DNA from: an uncultured candidate division Zixibacteria bacterium
Lineage (GTDB): Bacteria; Zixibacteria; MSB-5A5; GN15; FEB-12
DNA length: 64,000 nucleotides
Assembly: GCA_963664195.1 (NCBI GenBank)
Contig: OY760907.1
Coordinates: 2,336,001 to 2,400,000, forward strand
Reading direction: 5' to 3'
Part shown: positions 40,450-48,417 of the stretch, piece after piece
How positions within the stretch are numbered: position 1 is the stretch's first letter
How the letters are laid out: every line of letters starts with the position of its first letter
Made by a program: the position numbers and the translations under genes
The notes under the pieces: model-generated
Told to the model about the DNA's origin: nothing
The model's database searches: none
What the model saw: the letters and a program-made list of their open reading frames with translations, nothing else

Positions 40450-41052
40450 TCAAGCCTCCTGTTCCGTCAGCTTGATTCTACGGCCGCGCGCGAATGCCTC
40501 CAGGTTGATGTCGACAAACTTCGGCTTGATCCGTTTTTTCATCGTCTCGAACCACTGTTCCTGCTCAAACGGCAGGTAGTTGGAGAGGACGCCTAACAGG
40601 ATGGTGTTCACCAAACGGGGGTTGCCCAGCTCACCGGCAATCTCATCAGCCGCAACCGGGATAACATTGGCGGTCTTTGACTGCATTGTGCCGATGGCGT
40701 CGTCCGGATACGTGAACTGTTTGGAAGAAGTCACAATCGCCGGCACCAGAGTTGTGCGGGAGATGATGGCTACACCCTTCTTGCTGATCCAATCGAGTGC
40801 GCGAAGCCCTTCGGCCTGTTCAAACGAGATGAGGAAATCCGCCTGGCCGTGCTCAATTGTCGGCGAGTAGACTTTCGGGGCGACCTTCACATGCGACGAG
40901 ACAACCCCGCCACGCTGCGACATGCCGTGAACCTCGGATTTCTTAACGTCCAGGCCGGCGTTCATAGCCACCTCGGAGATGATTTCCGAAGCGAGCAAAA
41001 CGCCCTGACCGCCGACACCGACGATCAATATGTTGAAATTCGTATCTGTCAT
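40450..41052 (-). CDS. iorB: Indolepyruvate:ferredoxin oxidoreductase beta subunit
   Basis: VGVGGQG, SEVHGMSQRGG, NTILLG. Confidence 0.93.
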   Translation of the reverse strand: MTDTNFNILIVGVGGQGVLLASEIISEVAMNAGLDVKKSEVHGMSQRGGVVSSHVKVAPKVYSPTIEHGQADFLISFEQAEGLRALDWISKKGVAIISRTTLVPAIVTSSKQFTYPDDAIGTMQSKTANVIPVAADEIAGELGNPRLVNTILLGVLSNYLPFEQEQWFETMKKRIKPKFVDINLEAFARGRRIKLTEQEA

Positions 41053-41061
41053 CGGAATCAC

Positions 41062-42840
41062 CTACGCTTTCACAAACTGGCTTTTGAGGACAATCGCCTC
41101 GGTGGGACAGATCTGGGAACACAGCGTGCAACCGGTGCACATCTCGGCATCGATTACCGCTTTCGGACTGCCGTGCTCGTTGGTTTCTTCTGCCGCCGCA
41201 ATCGCCGGACAGGAGATACGGAAACAGGCGCTGCATGCGTTGCAAAGCTCCGGATCAACAACGTACGGCTCTTCCATGATGCGCTTCGGCATCAGGACGC
41301 ACGGCCGTGTGGTCAGGATAACCGACGGTCCCTCTTTGTCGATTTCCTCACGGATGACCTTCAAGGCGGCATCGTAATCGTACGCGTCGAGCCGCTGGAA
41401 GTTCTTGATTCCGAGCGCTCTGACCAGCGTTTCGATGTCAATCACGCCTGCGTCGGTGCCCATGAGCGTTTTGCCGGTGGCAGGATGCTGCTGGCCGCCG
41501 GTCATGGCCGTGGCACTGTTGTCCAGAATGATTACGGTGACGTTGCTGTTGTTGTAGACGGCGTCCACGAGCCCGGTAATGCCGGAGTGAAAGAAAGTTC
41601 CGTCGCCGATTACGGCTACCGTGCCCTTCTTGGAGGCTTTCACTTTTTCCATGCCGATCGCGTTGCCGATGGAGGCTCCCATGCAAATGCAGGTGTCCAT
41701 GGCGTTGAGCGGCTGAAGTACGCCGAGCGTGTAGCATCCGATGTCGCCGGTGACGGCAACTTTGAGCTTCTTCAGGGCCATGAAGGCCCCCCGGTGCGGG
41801 CAGCCCGGACAAAGGACCGGCGGGCGAGGGAAGAGCTTCTCAGGGGCGATTTCCGGTAGAGCCACGGTATCGATCAGGCCGGCTTCGAGGAAACCGCGAG
41901 CCACACGCTGAGGAGAGAACTCGCCGCGATTACCGAAATACTCCTTGCCGAGCACTTCCAGACCAGCCGCTTTGATTTGGTCTTCAAAAAACGGCTCAAG
42001 CTCCTCGACCACGATTACCTGGTCGTGAGCATCAATGAAGTCCGATATCTTGTTCATCGGGAGCGGATAGCCGAAACCGATTTTGAAATAGTCAAACTGG
42101 GGAGCGATTTCCTTGGCGTACTGATACGAAACACCGCCTGTGATTACACCGATCTTCGAACCATTCTTCTCGATGACATTCAGATCGGTTTCTTCGGCAA
42201 ACTCAGCGAGCTTGTCAAGACGTTCTTCAACGATTACATGGCGACCGCGCGCGTGGCCCGGAATCATCACGTATTTAGCTGCGTCTTTAACGAATTCCTT
42301 CTTGGGGCCGCCAACCGGATCCTTGAGTTCCACGATGCTCTTGGAGTGCGAGATACGCGTGGTCATGTGCAGCATTACCGGCGTATCGTATTCTTCAGAT
42401 ATCTCAAAAGCGCGAAGGAGCATATCTTTCGATTCCTGTGAATCGGACGGTGCCAGGAATGGGATCTTTGCAAACTTGGCAAAACAACGGTTGTCCTGCT
42501 CATTCTGAGAGGAGTGCATTTCGGGGTCATCGGCCGACACAAAGACGAATCCGGCGTTGACACCGGTGTAGGCAAAGGTCATAAGCGGGTCGGCTGCGAC
42601 ATTCACGCCGACATGCTTCATCGTCACCAGAGCACGTGCGCCGCCGACAGAGGCCCCGATACCTACTTCAAACGCCACCTTCTCGTTCGGCGACCACTGC
42701 GCGTAGACCGAGGGGAACCGTGCAGCCACGGTTTCGAGGATTTCGGTAGACGGAGTGCCGGGATAGCCGACAGCCATGCCTACGCCTGCCTCGAGAGTGC
42801 CCCGGGCGACCGCTTCATTTCCGGATAGTAGTTCTTTCAT
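41062..42840 (-). CDS. iorA: Indolepyruvate:ferredoxin oxidoreductase alpha subunit
   Basis: GNEAVARG, YPGTPSTEI, MKHVGVNVAAD, SSQNEQD, LCPGCPHR, GDIGCY, TAMTGGQ, two C-terminal 4Fe-4S motifs. Confidence 0.95.
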   Translation of the reverse strand: MKELLSGNEAVARGTLEAGVGMAVGYPGTPSTEILETVAARFPSVYAQWSPNEKVAFEVGIGASVGGARALVTMKHVGVNVAADPLMTFAYTGVNAGFVFVSADDPEMHSSQNEQDNRCFAKFAKIPFLAPSDSQESKDMLLRAFEISEEYDTPVMLHMTTRISHSKSIVELKDPVGGPKKEFVKDAAKYVMIPGHARGRHVIVEERLDKLAEFAEETDLNVIEKNGSKIGVITGGVSYQYAKEIAPQFDYFKIGFGYPLPMNKISDFIDAHDQVIVVEELEPFFEDQIKAAGLEVLGKEYFGNRGEFSPQRVARGFLEAGLIDTVALPEIAPEKLFPRPPVLCPGCPHRGAFMALKKLKVAVTGDIGCYTLGVLQPLNAMDTCICMGASIGNAIGMEKVKASKKGTVAVIGDGTFFHSGITGLVDAVYNNSNVTVIILDNSATAMTGGQQHPATGKTLMGTDAGVIDIETLVRALGIKNFQRLDAYDYDAALKVIREEIDKEGPSVILTTRPCVLMPKRIMEEPYVVDPELCNACSACFRISCPAIAAAEETNEHGSPKAVIDAEMCTGCTLCSQICPTEAIVLKSQFVKA

Positions 42841-42882
42841 ATTGTCTCACATAAAGTTAGATAAATTCTACTTATGGCTGTG

Positions 42883-42942
42883 GCATGCAAATTGCATGCG
42901 ACATAATTGGACGAAAATAACGACCGGCGGCCTGATAGGCAA
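42883..42942 (-). promoter_or_regulatory. Putative sigma70 promoter of the ior operon with downstream palindromic operator
   Basis: Minus strand TTGCCT-N17-TATTTT (42942-42914); palindrome GCATGCAA-A-TTGCATGC at 42883-42899. Confidence 0.5.
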
Positions 42943-43156
42943 CCGATTTTTTCCCGTGTGACTACCGTGTGGTCTTATGTCTGCACTTGGAGACGGCGGC
43001 TGAATGCCCGTGGGAGAAGGGTTTAGCGTGGGCGGGGGGATGTGATGTCGTGCTGGCTGGTAGGTGTCGGGCCAGAAACGATGCGAACAAGGCCTGTTCG
43101 GACAGATGGCTGTGGGGCGATTGTGAATCGGCGAAACAACCCCCAATACAATCCGA

Positions 43157-44038
43157 TCAGGACAAGGCGTCGACACACCGCCTGAAAGCACCGATATGCT
43201 CCGGCGTAGTGCCGCAGCAGCCCCCCAGTATCTTAACTCCACATTCAAGCAGCTTTCCGCACCGTTCAGCCATGAATTCCGGTGTCTCGGAGTAAACCGC
43301 TTCGTCCCCTTTCATCTCAGGGAGACCGGCATTAGACTGAATGATCAATGGGAGCTGTGTATGCCGGTGGAATTCTTCGGCGATCTTCACCATGTTGTCG
43401 ATGCCATTGCCGCAGTTGGAGCCAATGATATCGGCCTCGGCCAGTTCTGTTGCAGTCTGCTCAACGGTGGTCCCCATAATCGTGAAGAATCCTCGAGGGA
43501 TGACGTCGAAGGTCAAGGTGCATGATACCGGAATGCCGGGGGAGACGTTGTGGGCGGCCTCAATCGCGAGTTTGGCTTCGGCCAGATCGGTCATAGTTTC
43601 GATGCATATCAGATCAACGCCCTCTTGTGCAGCGCCTCTGATCTGGGTTGCGAAACTCTCACGGACCTCTTCAGGGTCAACGTCGCCGTACGGTTTCAAG
43701 AGATGACCGCACGGACCTACCGACAAAGCCACATACGCTCGATAACCGACCGCCTGTCTGGCGGCACGCACAGCAGCAGCGTTGATCTCTTCGGTTCTGT
43801 CGTCGAGCTTGTACTGTGCCAGTTTCAGCGATGATCCGCCGAAGGTATTTGTCGAGACAATGTCCGATCCTGCCTCGACATACAGAGCGGCGATTTCGGT
43901 CAGCACCTCTGGTCGTTCCAGGTTCCACTTCTCCGGGCACTGTCCGAGTACTAGCCCTCGCTGAAGGAGCATCGTTCCCATAGCACCGTCACCCACAAGG
44001 ATCCTGCCTCCACGGATCCGATCAAGCAGGTCGCTCAT
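43157..44038 (-). CDS. Homocysteine S-methyltransferase (stand-alone MetH Hcy-binding domain)
   Basis: DGAMGTML, TNTFG, IETM, GSNC, SNAGLP, GGCCGTTPEHI (Zn ligands); ATGA overlap with the upstream gene. Confidence 0.92.
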   Translation of the reverse strand: MSDLLDRIRGGRILVGDGAMGTMLLQRGLVLGQCPEKWNLERPEVLTEIAALYVEAGSDIVSTNTFGGSSLKLAQYKLDDRTEEINAAAVRAARQAVGYRAYVALSVGPCGHLLKPYGDVDPEEVRESFATQIRGAAQEGVDLICIETMTDLAEAKLAIEAAHNVSPGIPVSCTLTFDVIPRGFFTIMGTTVEQTATELAEADIIGSNCGNGIDNMVKIAEEFHRHTQLPLIIQSNAGLPEMKGDEAVYSETPEFMAERCGKLLECGVKILGGCCGTTPEHIGAFRRCVDALS

Positions 44039-44670
44039 CAGGCGGCCCCCACGAATCGTTTCACACACTCCACCGCGTTCATGCCGTCGAAACAGTAGGC
44101 ATCGGCGCCGATTTCCTCAGCATAATCCGATGACAACGGTGCGCCGCCGACCAGAATCCTGATCTTGCCGTACAGACCGCGTTCTTTGGCCAGTTCGATC
44201 ACTCGCTTCATCTGCGGCATGGTGGTAGTGAGCAGGGCAGACATGCCTATTACGGTTGCGCCCTCTTTTTCTGCGGCGTCGAGGAACGCTTCCGGGGCGA
44301 CATCGTTGCCAAGGTCAATGACCTCGAATCCGGCACCCTTGAGCATGATGCCAACGAGGTTTTTGCCAATATCGTGCAAGTCCCCCTGGACCGTTCCGAT
44401 AACAACCTTGCCAATAGTGGGAATGCCGTCTCTGATAAGCAGTGGCTTGAGCAGGTCCATACCGGCGTACATAGCTTTGGCCGCGAGGAGAACGTCGGGG
44501 AGAAATATCTCGTGGGCTTTGAACTTCTGCCCTACCACGGCCATTCCTGCGATCAAACCGTCATCGAGAATGATCTTCGGGTCGGTACCGTCGTCTATGA
44601 CGCAAGCAGTCAACTCGGCCACTTCGCCGACGTCGCCTTTTTCCAGTGCCTCGGCTAGTTGTTTGAACAT
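44038..44670 (-). CDS. Corrinoid (cobalamin-binding) methyl-carrier protein
   Basis: GTVQGDLHDIGKNLV (DxHxxG), SALLTTTM, VGGAP. Confidence 0.95.
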   Translation of the reverse strand: MFKQLAEALEKGDVGEVAELTACVIDDGTDPKIILDDGLIAGMAVVGQKFKAHEIFLPDVLLAAKAMYAGMDLLKPLLIRDGIPTIGKVVIGTVQGDLHDIGKNLVGIMLKGAGFEVIDLGNDVAPEAFLDAAEKEGATVIGMSALLTTTMPQMKRVIELAKERGLYGKIRILVGGAPLSSDYAEEIGADAYCFDGMNAVECVKRFVGAA

Positions 44671-44696
44671 TCGTATATCCTTCTCATAAGGCAGTG

Positions 44697-45410
44697 TTAT
44701 TGTCCTTGCACGGCTCGTATTCTATCACGGCACGTACGTGTCTGGCAATCGGCACAGAACGGGTAAGTGTCTTCAAACTCGAAAATCGCCTTCTGTCCGG
44801 CCAAAATCACGCCGCTGACAGATTTCAGCGGCTGCATGAGACAGCTCTCTGTCAGAGTAATGCCGATATCATCAGGCGCCAGGATTGAGAACAGTGCTTT
44901 CTGTCCGCTCACATGCCATCCGCAGTAGCCGGGGCTGAACCGGAGTGTCCCCATGTCTTTGCTCAGGCTGCTGCGGGTTTTCAACTGATTCCGAAACGAC
45001 GACTCAATCCATTCGGCGGCAAGGTCGGCCCCCTCAGACGCGGCAGCGTCGAGCATGGCCGCCTCGGCAAAATCATTGGCTGCAAACAAGCGCGTGATCT
45101 CCGCCGATATGGGAGCGCCAAGAGTCACGGCAAACAACGCGAGTCTATCGGCCTCGGGGAATATCCCTGCCAGCGGGTTGTCTTGCTCGTTTTTACCCTT
45201 GCCTTCGAGCATCCTGGCGAACCGCTCAATCGAGACTTCGCACAATACGCCTACCGGAAGGGCCAATCGTTTGAATTCGCGAATTGCGCTTTCCGCAATG
45301 AGCTCCACTCTGAGAGAAAGCCCGGTATTGTTGGGGACACCTTGAGCGCGAAGGACCGCGTCTTTGTTGGGTGTGATCAACCCCGTATCGATGTCAAAGC
45401 GTCGCTGCAT
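44697..45410 (-). CDS. Methionine synthase activation-domain-like protein
   Basis: FAVTLG, RFSPGYCGW, GITLTESCLMQPLKSVSG, C-terminal CxxCxxxxC; ATGA overlap with the mttB-like gene. Confidence 0.85.
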   Translation of the reverse strand: MQRRFDIDTGLITPNKDAVLRAQGVPNNTGLSLRVELIAESAIREFKRLALPVGVLCEVSIERFARMLEGKGKNEQDNPLAGIFPEADRLALFAVTLGAPISAEITRLFAANDFAEAAMLDAAASEGADLAAEWIESSFRNQLKTRSSLSKDMGTLRFSPGYCGWHVSGQKALFSILAPDDIGITLTESCLMQPLKSVSGVILAGQKAIFEFEDTYPFCADCQTRTCRDRIRAVQGQ

Positions 45411-46867
45411 CAGGCAAACTCGGGTAGCTTTTCCATGCCGTATTTTCGTGCTTCGGCTTCCATCCGCCCGGTAAGTTCTCGCTTGATGTCGTTCGACAGG
45501 GGGCACGGTTCATAGTCGTTGACCAATCGTTCGACCTCGCACCTGGCACGTTCTGTCAACGGCCTCGACCCTTCCTCGCGCCATCGATCCCGATTCGCCC
45601 GGTCGATCACCGATCCGGGGAAGTAGACTTCATCCTTGAGATACTTGCGTGTGTGATCGGCGATCAATAGGTGCTTTTCGCGCAGTAGTTCCTCAAAGAT
45701 AGGTTGAGCAGGGAAATCCTCTTTTGGCTCGATTCCCTTGAGCATGCGGAGCGTCATACCGCATATCTCGTTGTCCAATAAAAGCTTTTCTAGCGAGAAG
45801 CAATTCTCGAAATCGTGCATACCCGGTCCAGAAATGTTGTTGATACCGGACAGGGCGGCCAATGTGGCCCCCATGGAGCTCTCGAAACCGGCCTGGGCGT
45901 CGAGCTCTTTGGCGTCGCTCATGCCGATGTATGCTTGTGTAGGCAGGCCCAGGTATTTGCCGATTTCGTTGTAGGCGCAGTCGATCATCATTGTCCCGAT
46001 AGCTCCCATCGGGGTCGTTTCGTACCTGATGTCGAACACCGCCGGTGAACCGCCGTAGACAGCCGGTGTGCCTGGTTTTGTCAACTGGCTGATAGCGAGG
46101 CCGCTTAGCGTTTCAGCCGTGTGCTGCACCAGCGAGCCAACCAGTGTCACCGGGGCCATGAATCCGGCCAGGGGCATGGAGATGTATTCAACCGGGATGG
46201 AGTGCATTGCACAGTCAACCACGTTTTGCGAGGTGACGTCGCACCACTTCAGGGGAGACGTCGGGCAACAGGAGAACATGGCGAGCGGTTTCTCCGCCAG
46301 CGCTTTCCCTGAGCCGCGTACTGCCAACTGCAGGTCCCGCATGATCTCGAATGCCGGTATAGTGAACGCTCCTGTTACCACTGGCTTCTGACAGTACATC
46401 AGACTCAGATACAAGCGGTAGCTGTCGGAAACACGCTCATGGACGTCGCAGGGGACCGTTGCCGTGGACTGCGAGGCGATATGATCCATCTTGCTCATTA
46501 GCTTGACATAGCGCACGTAGTCAGCCGAAGTGGCCCGCCGATTTTCGTTGGTTTCCGGGTCGAGAACGTAGATGGCCGCGGATCCGGGTGTGAAGTGAAC
46601 GTTGTCGCCGGACAAGTCGACCGCTTTTTCCCCGAGGGAGTCATACAGCGCTACTGAACTCGGCGCCGTTTTCAGTGATTGGTCGATAATGCCATCGGTC
46701 AGCCAGACGTGTTGTGTGGTCCGGTCGACTCTGGCGCCATGATCACCAAACAAAGCTATCAGGTCATTGTTGTGTATTTCAACACCCAGATTGCAGAGCA
46801 ATCCGCGAGCCTCGGAAACGATTTGCTCGATTAGCGTGTCTGTGAGGAATCTGACTTTTGGTCTCAA
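45410..46867 (-). CDS. MttB-superfamily (trimethylamine/quaternary amine) corrinoid methyltransferase, non-pyrrolysine
   Basis: TTG after AAGGAG; TSPL, APVTLVGSLVQHTAETL, SDAKELDAQAGFE, ISGPGM; no in-frame amber codon. Confidence 0.92.
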   Translation of the reverse strand: MRPKVRFLTDTLIEQIVSEARGLLCNLGVEIHNNDLIALFGDHGARVDRTTQHVWLTDGIIDQSLKTAPSSVALYDSLGEKAVDLSGDNVHFTPGSAAIYVLDPETNENRRATSADYVRYVKLMSKMDHIASQSTATVPCDVHERVSDSYRLYLSLMYCQKPVVTGAFTIPAFEIMRDLQLAVRGSGKALAEKPLAMFSCCPTSPLKWCDVTSQNVVDCAMHSIPVEYISMPLAGFMAPVTLVGSLVQHTAETLSGLAISQLTKPGTPAVYGGSPAVFDIRYETTPMGAIGTMMIDCAYNEIGKYLGLPTQAYIGMSDAKELDAQAGFESSMGATLAALSGINNISGPGMHDFENCFSLEKLLLDNEICGMTLRMLKGIEPKEDFPAQPIFEELLREKHLLIADHTRKYLKDEVYFPGSVIDRANRDRWREEGSRPLTERARCEVERLVNDYEPCPLSNDIKRELTGRMEAEARKYGMEKLPEFA

Positions 46868-47100
46868 TACAGCTCTCCTTTCGAGACGGGGCGCTTGATC
46901 CCGCGTCTTCGTCGAGGATTGGGTGTTGGATGAGAGGATAATGTCCCCTACGCGAACAGATTTGTCAAGCTTGGATCGGCTTGTGTCGGGTGAGAATGCA
47001 GAAAGGAGTTTGGCGGCGCGTTATCGAGCAGAAGCGAGGCATGTGAAACATACTTCGCCACACTCGATAATGGTTGGTTTTCGAGACTTGAGCCGGCTAC

Positions 47101-47545
47101 CTAGACAGTCGCCCGCGTCCCGGTCTCGAAGGGAACTTCCGCCGTCACCGACCAGTACATATTCATCTCTGCCAGCTAGCCTGGCCGGTTTGATGATGTA
47201 GCTGCTCGCTCCGAAGCGATACGCCCGGGTGACGTCGTCGGCCCGCGCAAACGTAGACAGGATGACAATAGGTATCCCCCTGGTCCTCTCATCGGTGCGG
47301 ACTTCCCGAAGGAAATCGAGTCCAGTCATTCCCGGCAGATTGATATCCAAAAGGATCAAATCCGGGATCCGGCGACTCTTGTCGTCTCCGCGACGGCTTT
47401 TCGTCAGGAACGCGAGAGCTGATTCCGCGTCCTTGAAACTGAGTAACCTGCACGGTTGCCGATTCTGCTTAATTGCGGCCGCCACCAGGTCTGCATGATC
47501 GAGATTATCCTCGATGTGCATTACGAGCATCGTTTTTTGGTGCAT
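47101..47545 (-). pseudogene. Single-domain response regulator receiver with apparent frameshifting deletion after KP
   Basis: IEDN, LLDINLP, ILST, YIIKP; the expected terminal helix LAEMNMYWSVTAEVP...TAG (47101) lies in another frame. Confidence 0.65.
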
Positions 47546-48016
47546 GTGGACTTCCCCCTGCTAATTGCCCTATGAGGCAATTGTCGACGGATATGCAAGC
47601 TGCTTCACCCGTTCACACGCGGTTCGTGACGGCAATTGTCGGGATGAGGTATCCGGAAGGTGTGACCCGCAATGTCAAAGACAGAATTCGTCGTGTGACC
47701 AGTCGACAGAGAGCACCCCGTTGCGGCTGTTTGGCTGCCGTCCTCTGATAACTGCCGATTTGACGGTATCACACACTCTTTCCGGCGTTGGAGTAGGAGA
47801 ATCGGTGGAAAGTTAGGCCGCTGTTGACCAGAGGCGATTTGGCCCTGGATGAGTGGAGTCCCAGTGTTCAGCGGGGACCTTTGTTGTGGTAATTCACCAC
47901 AGTCTGGTGGAGAGTCCGGGGGATTTCAGTGCCCCTCGTAATCTGTGTGTTCCTAGCGAGTTAGAGTCAGAATGTGACCGCAATCAGTAGTTGTGTTCAA
48001 AAACGGTTCAGGAAAT

Positions 48017-48131
48017 CTGTCGATGTGTCGACAGTTAGAGTGACCGGAAGGTCCTCCGCACTGCGACAGCAACTGTGCGGCGAATACACACGACGGACTA
48101 CAGAAACAGACAAGATGGCATAGCAATTGTA
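48017..48131 (+). promoter_or_regulatory. Candidate sigma54 promoter with upstream palindrome
   Basis: TGGCAT-AGCAA-TTGTA at 48116-48131 (correct spacing, -12 C>T); CTGTCG-N6-CGACAG at 48017-48034. Confidence 0.4.
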
Positions 48132-48315
48132 TGGCTGTGCTGCGTACTACTTTAGGCAGCCGAAACGACTGAGAGAAAGCGCATTCAACGGATCAAAAAA
48201 GTTGAGTTTTTTCTTTTTTTGGTTGACAACATGGTGGGGTAGAAGGTCATATTATTAGTTCGTAAGCTGGTGAAGTGCGCATTGGAAGCGCTAGACTCAA
48301 CGAGGAGGAGTCCTA

Positions 48316-48417
48316 TTGAACCAAATGGATAACGCTTATCAGCAAATCAAATTTGTAAACAAGCCCAAAAGTGAATCGTACATGCCAACGACTATCTTGG
48401 AAGGAGTGATGGTATGA
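48316..48417 (+). CDS. Candidate 33-aa leader ORF coupled to the TonB receptor gene
   Basis: SD GAGGAGGAG 5 nt before TTG; its TGA overlaps the receptor ATG (ATGA). Confidence 0.35.
   Translation: MNQMDNAYQQIKFVNKPKSESYMPTTILEGVMV

Noticed and set aside
45410..46867. Pyrrolysine recoding in the MttB homologue
   Set aside because: ORF is full length without an in-frame TAG; no pyl genes seen.
46868..47100. Cobalamin or SAM riboswitch upstream of the methyltransferase operon
   Set aside because: Could not find the conserved B12-box or SAM-I core by eye; an Infernal scan would be decisive.
47473..47816. Short + strand ORFs in the long intergenic region
   Set aside because: No convincing RBS, compositionally unlike the real genes, and no recognisable motifs.
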